Shown: one piece after another, positions 55,924 to 64,000 of the stretch
Position numbering within the stretch: the stretch's first letter is position 1
How the letters are laid out: each line of letters starts with the position of its first letter
Origin: Minisyncoccota bacterium
GTDB lineage: Bacteria > Patescibacteriota > Minisyncoccia > Phycocordibacterales > UBA1550
Reading direction: 5' to 3'
Assembly: GCA_023229865.1 (NCBI GenBank)
Contig: JALNYL010000005.1
Span: forward strand, 4,422 to 68,421
Length of the DNA: 64,000 nt
The notes under the pieces: generated by a model
Told to the model about the DNA's origin: nothing
Seen by the model: the letters and a program-made list of their open reading frames with translations, nothing else
Databases searched by the model: none
Made by a program: the position numbers and the translations under genes

Positions 55924-57694
55924 TTCAGAATCAAGGTTGAGGGTTTTTCTTATCCACTCTCTGTGGGCAAAGTTTGGTTTGGGTGTTTTAGTAATTGTAG
56001 CCATCTCCTCCTTTTTAAATATTTCTTTTGCGGGGACACAAACATTTACCAATGGTGCTGGTGGCTGGGTTGCAATTCCTACTGGAGTAACAACGGTAAC
56101 TTTTGTTGCTCAAGGAGGGAATGGTTATTCTACCGGAAGTGGAAATGCTGGCGGCGGTGGTGGTGGGGCATTTGCGAGAACTGCCTCAATCCCAGTTATT
56201 TATGTTGGCGGCGGTGGTGGTGGTGTTAACGGCGGAGCAGGGGGTTCAACATCTGGTACTGGTGCTGGGCTTGGTGGATTTTCTATTAGTCCAATACCCG
56301 TTTGGTCACAATATGGGGGTAATGGGACTGAGGGCGTTGGTGGAAATGGGTGGAGCTCTTGGGGGTTCATTGCTGGGGTTGGTGGGATTGGGGATAATTC
56401 GGGAACTATTGGCGCCAGCAATGTTGGCGGCGGTGGTGGAGCTAGTGGCTTTTCTGCTGCTGGGGGCAATGGTGGGGTCCTGGGCAATCCTTATGGAATT
56501 AAATTTGGCGGTGGCGGTGGCGGTGGTTATGGCGGTGGAGGAGGTGGTGTAGGAGTGTATAATCCTAGTGGAGTTAGTGGAGGGACCCCCGCTGGCGGCG
56601 GCGGCAGCTATGCTGCTCCAGGGATGTCAGTCCCTTCTCCTTCTGGAAGATCAATTCTTCTTTCAAATATTGGGAACCCTTCTCAAATCTATCTTGGGAC
56701 AGGCCTTGGGGGTCTTAGTGATAATGGAGTCCGTGCTCAAGGGGGAACCATTACGATTTCTTGGCCCGATCCGGGTACGGTGAATGTTTCTTCAAACGTT
56801 GCCTCCTCGTGGACAATCACTGGGCCTATGACCATTGCGGGGTCGGGGATTTCACAATCTGCTCCAGCGGCTCCAGGTTCGTATACTATTACTTGGGGGA
56901 GTGTTCCTGGATACATAACTCCAACATCGCAGAGTATTTCTCTTACTCCGGGAGGAACGATCTCTTTTAATGGAAATTATATAGCACCCAATACTGCCCC
57001 TGTTGCACCAATAATCTCAGGGCCTATTACTGTTGCCGAAAATACAACGCAAACATATTCATTTGTTGCCACTGATCCACAGGGCGACCAAGTGCGTTAT
57101 GGTGTTGATTGGAATATGGACGGGGTTGCAGAAGTATGGGTCCCAGCTGGAGTATCTTACGTAAACTCTGGAACCTCTCAATCAACAACCTACAGTTGGT
57201 CCACCACGGGGATAAAGACATTCCAAGTCCTTACTCAAGATGCCCCTGGCCTCAATTCTTCATGGGCAACATATACCATTACTGTCACGTGTTCAAACGG
57301 TACCAACAACCCTCCGACTTGTACTCAGTGTCCCGACAATGAGGCTTATCAAACTTCACACTGTGTTGCTTGCGGGGGAACTGGTTGTACCGGGGTCCCT
57401 GGAGGAAGTGTTTCTGACCCAACCGGAGGACTCATTTGTAATAATGGGGCACAATCTCCTGCTTACTGCGCGGACTGCCCCGTTGGAAAAACATTAGTAG
57501 GGGGTGTTTGTGTAGATAATTGTACGAATGGGGCAACGAATCCACCAACTTGCAATGCGTGTTCCTCTGGGTATGAACTTATTCTCGGCGTCTGTACCCT
57601 TATCCCTAGTTGCGACTCTGATAATATCTGTGAAGCAGGGGAAACTATGTCTAATTGCGCCCGTGATTGTAACCCGCAATTTCAGCAGTTCTAG
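55907..57694 (+). CDS. glycine-rich cell-surface protein with PKD/Ig-like middle region and C-terminal cysteine-rich repeats
   Basis: signal anchor, GGxGGG repeats over ~230 aa, then ~13 Cys in CxxC-rich C-terminal 110 aa. Confidence 0.7.
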   Translation: MKNQINSESRLRVFLIHSLWAKFGLGVLVIVAISSFLNISFAGTQTFTNGAGGWVAIPTGVTTVTFVAQGGNGYSTGSGNAGGGGGGAFARTASIPVIYVGGGGGGVNGGAGGSTSGTGAGLGGFSISPIPVWSQYGGNGTEGVGGNGWSSWGFIAGVGGIGDNSGTIGASNVGGGGGASGFSAAGGNGGVLGNPYGIKFGGGGGGGYGGGGGGVGVYNPSGVSGGTPAGGGGSYAAPGMSVPSPSGRSILLSNIGNPSQIYLGTGLGGLSDNGVRAQGGTITISWPDPGTVNVSSNVASSWTITGPMTIAGSGISQSAPAAPGSYTITWGSVPGYITPTSQSISLTPGGTISFNGNYIAPNTAPVAPIISGPITVAENTTQTYSFVATDPQGDQVRYGVDWNMDGVAEVWVPAGVSYVNSGTSQSTTYSWSTTGIKTFQVLTQDAPGLNSSWATYTITVTCSNGTNNPPTCTQCPDNEAYQTSHCVACGGTGCTGVPGGSVSDPTGGLICNNGAQSPAYCADCPVGKTLVGGVCVDNCTNGATNPPTCNACSSGYELILGVCTLIPSCDSDNICEAGETMSNCARDCNPQFQQF

Positions 57695-57751
57695 AAGATG
57701 CAACAAAAATACCGACTTTATTAAAGTCGGTATTTTTGTTGCATCTTCTAG
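57691..57751. repeat. perfect 61-bp palindrome (30-bp arms, 1-nt centre) between convergent genes; probable very stable bidirectional terminator
   Basis: ctagaagatgcaacaaaaataccgacttta-t-taaagtcggtatttttgttgcatcttctag; left arm includes the stop codon of the upstream gene. Confidence 0.9.
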
Positions 57752-57757
57752 TGTTTA

Positions 57758-58759
57758 TTAGTTGAGTTTTACCGCTTTGTAATCAGCTGGTGCCTCTGCG
57801 AGATATTTTTCAAGCTGCTCGCGCGGGAGGAGGCCTTCTTGTGCTCCCACGTACTGCACTACAGACATTGAGTTGATCGGTGCCCATGCGATAGCTTCAG
57901 ATGGGGTCTTCCCAAGAGCGAGTGCTGAGACGAATGCCGATGCAAATGAATCTCCGGCACCTGTGCGCTCGTACGGTGGCTTTGGGTCTGGGTAGATAGG
58001 CATGAACCAGTTGTCGACGCCGTCAAACACATATGCTCCCTTTGGTCCGTCGGTAATAACTACAATCTTTGGTCCGAGGGCTGCAATCATTTTTGCAAGA
58101 TCCTTGCGCTCAATCATTTCGTCCTTCAAAATTTGTCGCGCTTCTTCTACGTTACAGAAGAATACTTCAGTGTGTGCATAAAGATCCTTGAGTGCTTCTA
58201 CGCCGAGCTTGATTTGGAAACCGCCTGGCTGGAATGAAAGCTTGGTCTCAGGGTGCGCTGCGAGGTAGCGACTGATCTCATGATGATACTCGAGTGACTT
58301 CTCGTTGAGCGATGAGAGGTAGAGCCACTTTGGACCAACGTCACCAAGGGGAAGTGTGTAGGGGAAATCTTCATGCTTGATGAGGATAGTGCGCTCGCTG
58401 TCGTACCAGAGTACATAGTGATAGTTGGTTTTGATCCCGTCGTATTCCTTAATGTACTGTGTGCTTACTCCGTCGTTTTTGAGTGATGCGAGACACTTCT
58501 TCCCGTCGTCATCGTTACCGAGGTTGGTGATGAGTGCGCTTTTGAGGCCGAGGCGTGAAGCAGACACGCAGGCGTTCGCGCTGTTGCCTACGGCGTAGCA
58601 AACCTTCACAAAGTCAAAAGGAACTTTTGCGCCAAATGGCATACAGAGTTCACAAGCATTTGTGTCAACGCGACAGGTTGTGTGAGCGTGATCTTCTTTG
58701 AGGCGAATAAATGCATCGACGACCGTGTCGCCAATACCAACGAAATCTAATTGGTCCAT
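57758..58759 (-). CDS. PfkB-family carbohydrate kinase (ribokinase/fructokinase-like)
   Basis: GAGDSFASAFV motif 2 and N-terminal GIGDTVVD. Confidence 0.8.
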   Translation of the reverse strand: MDQLDFVGIGDTVVDAFIRLKEDHAHTTCRVDTNACELCMPFGAKVPFDFVKVCYAVGNSANACVSASRLGLKSALITNLGNDDDGKKCLASLKNDGVSTQYIKEYDGIKTNYHYVLWYDSERTILIKHEDFPYTLPLGDVGPKWLYLSSLNEKSLEYHHEISRYLAAHPETKLSFQPGGFQIKLGVEALKDLYAHTEVFFCNVEEARQILKDEMIERKDLAKMIAALGPKIVVITDGPKGAYVFDGVDNWFMPIYPDPKPPYERTGAGDSFASAFVSALALGKTPSEAIAWAPINSMSVVQYVGAQEGLLPREQLEKYLAEAPADYKAVKLN

Positions 58760-58859
58760 AAATTAATTATTTTCTCACTATTAATCCCTATATTCTATCA
58801 TACTAGAGCTTTTTTATGGTAGAATATCTTCATTAACAACAAAGAAATTAAGCGTTTTT

Positions 58860-59726
58860 ATGACATCAATTCCAACATTACGAGAGACGATTGCGCAGGC
58901 GGAAGCCAAGGGTGTTGCAGTGGGGCATTTTAATATTTCAGATATGGAGGGCTTCTGGGGGGTTATTAAGGGGGCAAAGGCAGCGGGGGTGCCCGTAATC
59001 ATCGGTGTCTCAGAGGGTGAGCGTGACTTCATTGGCATCAAGCAAGTCGTCGCAATCGTGAAGAGCGTACGTGATGAAGGATACCCTGTGTATTTGAATG
59101 CTGATCACACCTACACCTTTGAGCGCGTGAAGGAAGCTATAGATGCAGGATTTGATGCAGTCATCTTTGATGGAGCGAAGCTATCATTTGAAGAGAATGC
59201 GCGCGTTACGAAACAGTGTGTTGATTATGCACGCAGTGTGAATCCTGAAATTATTGTTGAAGCAGAACTCGGTTACATCGGTTCTGGCTCAAAAGTGCTT
59301 GATGAAGTGCCAGAAGGAGTATCTCTTGAAAATCTCACGACGGGGGAGGAGTCTGCACGTTTTGTACAAGAGACAGGAATTGATCTCTTTGCCCCGTCAG
59401 TGGGGAATATTCACGGTATGCTCCGCAATGCTCCTGAGCCACGTCTCAATATTGAGCGCATTAAGGAAGTTCGCCAGGCTGCGGGAGTGCCACTCGTGCT
59501 TCACGGAGGTTCAGGGACGAGCGATGAAGATTTCCAGGAGGCAATCAAGGCGGGGATTGGTATCATTCACATCAATACAGAAATCCGCGTTGCATACCAC
59601 GATGCAGTAAAGGCGTATTTGGCAGAGCACCCAGATGAGACTGCTCCATATAAATTTATGAAGCCAGCCGTTGATGCGGTGGCGGCGGTGGTGGAGAGGA
59701 GAATGAGATTGTTTAATATGATGTAG
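58860..59726 (+). CDS. fba: class II fructose-bisphosphate aldolase
   Basis: GVAVGHFNISDMEG..., LNADHT, HGGSGTSDE metal-binding motifs. Confidence 0.9.
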   Translation: MTSIPTLRETIAQAEAKGVAVGHFNISDMEGFWGVIKGAKAAGVPVIIGVSEGERDFIGIKQVVAIVKSVRDEGYPVYLNADHTYTFERVKEAIDAGFDAVIFDGAKLSFEENARVTKQCVDYARSVNPEIIVEAELGYIGSGSKVLDEVPEGVSLENLTTGEESARFVQETGIDLFAPSVGNIHGMLRNAPEPRLNIERIKEVRQAAGVPLVLHGGSGTSDEDFQEAIKAGIGIIHINTEIRVAYHDAVKAYLAEHPDETAPYKFMKPAVDAVAAVVERRMRLFNMM

Positions 59727-59777
59727 GCGTCGCTTTGCTCCAGTCAAAAGTTAAAAGTTAAACGTCGAAAGTGAATT

Positions 59778-59817
59778 CACGAAGGACGGTTTGCCTACGG
59801 CAAACCGTCCTTCGTTG
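59778..59817. terminator. bidirectional terminator (16-bp stem) preceded by aaagttaaaag motif
   Basis: cgaaggacggtttgcc-tac-ggcaaaccgtccttcg. Confidence 0.8.
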
Positions 59818-59908
59818 CTTGCAAATTGTTTATAAAAGCGTAGAACTAAATTACCTATCCGAATGCGAGATAGGGATGAAAGGGGCTGTGCCCCAGAAGG
59901 GTTTGAAA

Positions 59909-60388
59909 ATGTTGAAATTGTCAATTACACAAGGCCCCATAATTAACGGGGAAGATGTTGGTTTTGCTATTTCATTGAAACATATTAAGGAAATTTCAAA
60001 TTTCCTGTGCGAGTGGTATGAAGCAGTTCCTAGTGGAATTGCTAAACATATTGAGGTAATAAGAGTTGTTCCTTCGAATGGTAAACATAAATACGCGCGA
60101 GTGCTTATTGAGGTAATTCTCTCTGGGGATTCTTCGCGCGTTGGTGTTACAGGAATATCGGATGGCTTCATCTTGACTCCCTGGAAAAGTAGTATAGGCT
60201 ATTGTTTTTATTCATACGATTCATCTATGGATATTCTTGATGGTGATGCGAGGAGAGAAGTTGAAAAGGAGCTGAATGAGAGACTCGCGAGTGCTATCTG
60301 TCAGCAATTGGAAAGTCATCAAGCGCAGCACAAATATTTTGATTCTTTGTTCCGGCAGCTTGAAGGTGCAGAAAAATCGATTTTGTAG
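59909..60388 (+). CDS. hypothetical protein
   Basis: 159 aa; AAGGG 9 nt upstream; ORF-track start 59771 rejected (overlaps terminator hairpin). Confidence 0.5.
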   Translation: MLKLSITQGPIINGEDVGFAISLKHIKEISNFLCEWYEAVPSGIAKHIEVIRVVPSNGKHKYARVLIEVILSGDSSRVGVTGISDGFILTPWKSSIGYCFYSYDSSMDILDGDARREVEKELNERLASAICQQLESHQAQHKYFDSLFRQLEGAEKSIL

Positions 60389-60392
60389 CATT

Positions 60393-60426
60393 CCGCCCGC
60401 CGATTATTCGGCGGGTTTTGTTTTTG
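60393..60426 (+). terminator. intrinsic terminator cccgccg-attatt-cggcggg + T-run
   Basis: seen directly. Confidence 0.75.
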
Positions 60427-60430
60427 CCTC

Positions 60431-60457
60431 ATTTACATAGGGTAACCCTATGTAAAT
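60431..60457. promoter_or_regulatory. 27-bp perfect palindrome (13-bp arms) immediately upstream of rplY promoter; candidate dimeric-regulator operator
   Basis: atttacatagggt-a-accctatgtaaat; followed by ttgcct...tgtatact promoter-like elements. Confidence 0.5.
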
Positions 60458-60495
60458 TTGCCTTTTTCATCTTATTTATGTATACTAGCCCCACT

Positions 60496-61134
60496 ATGAC
60501 TATCACATTAAAAGGAGAAATTCGCGACCCAAAGACAAAGCTTTCGGCTATTCGCGCAGAAGGTTTTATTCCCGCTGTATTTTACGGACACAATCAGGAG
60601 GCAACTCCATGTGTTTTTGCTGCAAATGAGTTTGTAAAGGCTTGGAAAGCAGCAGGCGAGTCAACAGTGGTTGTTCTCGAGATGCCAAAGGGAAAGGTGA
60701 ACGCACTCATTACTGAGGTTCAGGTTGACCCAGTGAAGGGTATGCCAATTCACGCTGACTTCTATGTTATCGAAAAGGGACACGAGGTTACCGTAAAGGT
60801 TCCTGTTGAGTTTACTGGTGTGTCAGAGGCAGTGAAGACTCTTGGTGGTCAGCTCGTGAAGGTTATGCACGATCTCGAAGTGAAGGCACAGCCAGAAAAT
60901 CTCCCTCATAGTTTTACCGTAGATATCGCTCCTCTCGTTGCGCTTGATAGTCAGATTCTTGCAGAGAGCATTGTTCTTCCAAAGGGAGTTACCCTCGTAA
61001 CCCACGGAAACGAAGTTGTTGCAGCTATCGCCGTTGCAAAGGAGGAAGTAGAAACTCCCGTAATGGATCTCTCAGCTATTGAAGTAGAGAAGAAGGGCAA
61101 GAAGGAAGAGGAAGCAACAGAAGAAGCAAAATAA
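60496..61134 (+). CDS. rplY: 50S ribosomal protein L25 / general stress protein Ctc
   Basis: two-domain L25/Ctc, acidic Lys/Glu-rich tail. Confidence 0.9.
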   Translation: MTITLKGEIRDPKTKLSAIRAEGFIPAVFYGHNQEATPCVFAANEFVKAWKAAGESTVVVLEMPKGKVNALITEVQVDPVKGMPIHADFYVIEKGHEVTVKVPVEFTGVSEAVKTLGGQLVKVMHDLEVKAQPENLPHSFTVDIAPLVALDSQILAESIVLPKGVTLVTHGNEVVAAIAVAKEEVETPVMDLSAIEVEKKGKKEEEATEEAK

Positions 61135-61139
61135 ATCTC

Positions 61140-61190
61140 ATACAACAAAAAAGCCCGACGCGCGTGCGCATCGGGCTTTTTTGTTGTATG
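61140..61190. terminator. long bidirectional terminator (atacaacaaaaaagcccga...tcgggcttttttgttgtat)
   Basis: 19-bp outer stem incl. A/T tracts. Confidence 0.85.
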
Positions 61191-61250
61191 GAGTATTACA
61201 TGTTGCATGTTTGTCGCGCTCCTCATTTGACGATATAATATACATTACCT

Positions 61251-62627
61251 ATGCCAAAAAGCATTCTTGGAAAAATTGTTGTTATTGTGGTTTTTGCTGC
61301 GATTGCATTTGAGGGTTTTACTCTTATTGCAGGCGCGCAAACCTCGCCTTCGTGCAACCCCGAAGATGCTGCTTGTCGCGCGAAGCTTGAGGCCGAGCTT
61401 GCGGCTGTTGAAAAAGAGATTAATGTTCAAGCAGCGCTCGTCGAAAGTAAGCAACGTGAAGGGGTCTCTCTTGAACGTGACTTGGTGATTTTGTCCGCAC
61501 AGATTCAAAAAGCAAAACTTTCTATCAAGGCACAAAATCTTTCTATTGCGAAACTCACTGATGATATCGGTGTGAAGAATCGCACTATTACGAAATACTC
61601 AGCAAAAATCGACCTTGAGCGTGAGTCGCTCGCGGGGCTCATGCGTCGCACCAACGAGCTCGATACCTACTCAATCATTGAGGTCGCACTCTCCGACAAA
61701 GAGATGTCAGATTTTTTTAGCGATTTGGATAACTTTGAATATGTTGAAGACGCGATAGGGAAGTCTCTCGAAGAAGTTGGTGCAGCGAAGAAGGTGACCG
61801 AAGAGGCAAAGGCGACCCTTGAAGAAAAAAAGAATAAAGAAATCGACCTCCGTTACCAGAAGGAACTTGAGCAGAAATTCCTCTCTTCAAAAGAAAAGGA
61901 AAAAGCCCAAGTGCTCAAAGTCACTAAAGGACAAGAGGTTGCTTATCAAAAAGTTTTGAGAGATAAGCAAGCAAAGGCTGCGTCGATTCGCGCGGCGCTC
62001 TTCGCCCTCCGCGATACGGGAGAGATTCCGTTTGGCACCGCATACGATTATGCAAAGCTCGTGTCACAGAAGACAGGTGTGCGTCCTGCGTTTCTTCTCG
62101 CTATTTTTATGCAGGAGTCAGGGTTCGGGAAAAGTCAGGGCTCGTGTTACCTCAAAGATACTACAACAGGAGCAGGGGTGGGTAAAAATACAGGAACGCC
62201 ATTTGCGAATGTTATGAAACCAAACAGAGATATTGAGCCGTTTATTGATATCACGAGTCGTCTCGGAAGGGATCCGTTTAAAACAGCTGTTTCGTGCCCA
62301 CAGCAAGCAGGTTATGGTGGGGCAATGGGACCTGCGCAATTTATTCCTTCAACGTGGGTGCTTTTTGAAAATCGCCTCAAGAATGCCCTCGGGGTCACTT
62401 CTTCTGATCCGTGGCGGGCGCGTGACGCGTTTATGGCGGCAGGATTTCTCTTGAAAGACAATGGTGCGAAGGCAAATTCGTACAGTGCAGAGCGTAATGC
62501 TGCGTGTCGATATTTCTCAGGCTCTGTTTGTTCGAAGTCTTCTTGGGCAGCAACGTATGGTTCTCAGGTTATGAGCAAGGCGGAAACCATCCAAACCACC
62601 ATGATCGACCCTATTGAGAACCTATAA
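61251..62627 (+). CDS. secreted coiled-coil protein with C-terminal lytic-transglycosylase (SLT)-like domain
   Basis: signal peptide, ~250-aa heptad-rich region, FLLAIFMQESGF catalytic-Glu motif. Confidence 0.65.
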   Translation: MPKSILGKIVVIVVFAAIAFEGFTLIAGAQTSPSCNPEDAACRAKLEAELAAVEKEINVQAALVESKQREGVSLERDLVILSAQIQKAKLSIKAQNLSIAKLTDDIGVKNRTITKYSAKIDLERESLAGLMRRTNELDTYSIIEVALSDKEMSDFFSDLDNFEYVEDAIGKSLEEVGAAKKVTEEAKATLEEKKNKEIDLRYQKELEQKFLSSKEKEKAQVLKVTKGQEVAYQKVLRDKQAKAASIRAALFALRDTGEIPFGTAYDYAKLVSQKTGVRPAFLLAIFMQESGFGKSQGSCYLKDTTTGAGVGKNTGTPFANVMKPNRDIEPFIDITSRLGRDPFKTAVSCPQQAGYGGAMGPAQFIPSTWVLFENRLKNALGVTSSDPWRARDAFMAAGFLLKDNGAKANSYSAERNAACRYFSGSVCSKSSWAATYGSQVMSKAETIQTTMIDPIENL

Positions 62628-62683
62628 AAAGGGGGATGATTTTTGACTAAATCCTCAACATTTGTTATACTCCACGGGTAATT

Positions 62684-62706
62684 CTGCTGGGTTCCAGCAG
62701 TTTTTC
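62684..62706 (+). terminator. intrinsic terminator ctgctgg-gttc-cagcag + T5
   Basis: seen directly. Confidence 0.75.
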
Positions 62707-62733
62707 TTACCTATTTAAAGCTTAATTAATCAC

Positions 62734-64000
62734 ATGGAAATCAGAAATATCGCAATTATCGCTCACGTGGACCACGGCAAGACAACCTTGACCGACGCCT
62801 TGATGCGCCAGACAGGAATGACCAAGGAGGGCGTAACGATGGACTCAAACGCTCTTGAGCAGGAGCGCGGTATTACTATTTATGCAAAGAACACCTCTGT
62901 GTTCTACAAAGACACCAAGATTAACATTGTGGACACACCAGGTCACGCCGACTTCGGTTCTGAGGTGGAGCGCGTGCTTCGTTCTATCGACACCGTGCTT
63001 CTCCTTGTGGACGCACAGGAAGGTCCTATGCCACAGACACGTTTCGTGCTCAAGAAGTCACTCGAGCTCGGACTCAAGCCTATCGTTGTTTTGAACAAAA
63101 TCGACAAGCCAGCAGCGCGTCCTCAGGAGGTGCATGATGAAGTGTTTGAGCTTTTCTTTGAGCTCGGCGCAACAGATGAGCAGCTTGATTTTACAACCGT
63201 GTACGCTATTGGTCGTCAGGGTATTGCAAAGCGCACACTTGAAGAAGAGTCGACTGATCTCACACCACTCCTTGATGTAGTTTTGGAAAAGGTTCCTGCA
63301 GTGAAGGCTGATATTCATGCTCCTATGCTTATGCAGCCTTTCAACTTGGGTTACGATAACTTCCTTGGACGTCTCGCTATTGGACGTATTTACCAGGGTA
63401 CTATTCATGCAGGGGAGGCAATCATTATTAAAAATGTTGATGGCACTTCACGCAATGCGAAGATCACCAAGCTTTGTACTTTTGAAGGTACTGAGCGTAA
63501 GGAGGTAGAAGAAGCAGTTGCAGGTGATATCGTGATGGTGGCAGGACTTCCTGATGTGTACATCGGAGAAACACTTTGTGTAAATGCAGACCAGGAGCCA
63601 TTGCCTGCTATTAAGGTTGATGAGCCAACTATTTCCCTCAACTTCTTTGTGAACGACTCACCATTCGCAGGCCGCGAAGGTAAGTTTGTTACGATTCGTC
63701 AGATTCGTGAGCGTCTTGAGCGCGAGCTCGAGGTCAATGTGGGTCTCCGTGTAGACTTCTCAGCAAACGACTCATTCAAAGTATATGGTCGCGGAGAAAT
63801 GCACATCTCGATTCTTCTTGAACAAATGCGTCGTGAAGGATTTGAGCTCCAAGTGTCACAGCCTCAGGTTATTATCAAAGAGGAGAATGGCAAGAAGCTT
63901 GAGCCGTACGAGGAACTCATCATCGACGTTCCTTCAGAGCTTTCAGGTATCGTGATTGAAAAGCTCAACAAGCGTAAGGCTATGATGACCAACATGAAAG
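62734..64000 (+). CDS. typA: translational GTPase TypA/BipA (3' end outside window)
   Basis: [14 protein letters not shown]1, DTPGHADF G3, NKID G4; ORF runs off the window end. Confidence 0.9.
   Translation, partial: MEIRNIAIIAHVDHGKTTLTDALMRQTGMTKEGVTMDSNALEQERGITIYAKNTSVFYKDTKINIVDTPGHADFGSEVERVLRSIDTVLLLVDAQEGPMPQTRFVLKKSLELGLKPIVVLNKIDKPAARPQEVHDEVFELFFELGATDEQLDFTTVYAIGRQGIAKRTLEEESTDLTPLLDVVLEKVPAVKADIHAPMLMQPFNLGYDNFLGRLAIGRIYQGTIHAGEAIIIKNVDGTSRNAKITKLCTFEGTERKEVEEAVAGDIVMVAGLPDVYIGETLCVNADQEPLPAIKVDEPTISLNFFVNDSPFAGREGKFVTIRQIRERLERELEVNVGLRVDFSANDSFKVYGRGEMHISILLEQMRREGFELQVSQPQVIIKEENGKKLEPYEELIIDVPSELSGIVIEKLNKRKAMMTNMK

Noticed and set aside
56200-56487. 95-aa proline-rich minus-strand ORF
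   Set aside because: Antisense reading of the GGN-repeat glycine codons (CCN), an artefact of the Gly-rich gene.
59771-59908. Upstream start of the hypothetical ORF
   Set aside because: Would be translated through the strong terminator hairpin at 59778-59817. An internal ATG at 59909 has a better RBS.

Overview
This window reads as a compact, operon-dense bacterial chromosome segment, about 47-50% GC in the housekeeping parts (estimated by eye). Its gene content looks like a small-genome, possibly CPR/Patescibacteria-like organism: a split transketolase, a lamin-tail-domain surface protein, an FtsK/HerA/TraD-like ATPase, and sparse metabolism. That taxonomic placement is inference only.

Three blocks are present:

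- **1-9.4 kb, housekeeping and surface:** murC, rsmI, a putative glycoside-hydrolase-like protein, a large FtsK/HerA/TraD-superfamily ATPase with a Pro-rich tail, a secreted lamin-tail-domain (LTD) protein, and an NAD-epimerase.
- **About 9.4-33.3 kb, glycan-biosynthesis island:** this stretch is visibly more AT-rich. It holds about 8 glycosyltransferases (GT1, GT2, GT9, GT11 x2, GT32, one of them frameshifted at a homopolymer) and about 5 methyltransferases (including a paralogous pair). It also holds a B12-binding radical-SAM enzyme, a hexapeptide acetyltransferase, a Wzm/Wzt ABC exporter whose Wzt carries a C-terminal glycan-binding extension, a complete GDP-mannose to GDP-L-fucose pathway (PMM, ManC, Gmd, Fcl, Gmm) and a Wzy_C/O-antigen-ligase-like TPR membrane protein.
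- **33.3-64 kb, housekeeping:** murB, secA, obg, gatB, gap-rpiB-rpe-tktN-X-tktC, fba, rplY and typA. It is interrupted by an IS200/RAYT-like HUH transposase flanked by inverted hairpins and a 73-bp tandem duplication.

Other features are a lysine-rich histone-like mini-ORF missed by the ORF track, candidate small RNAs and leaders, two recurring hairpin/terminator motif families, a perfect 61-bp palindrome, a 27-bp operator-like palindrome upstream of rplY, and a Gly-rich/Cys-rich surface protein. No rRNA, tRNA or CRISPR array was recognised. All product calls come from motif recognition in the translated ORFs, with no database search.
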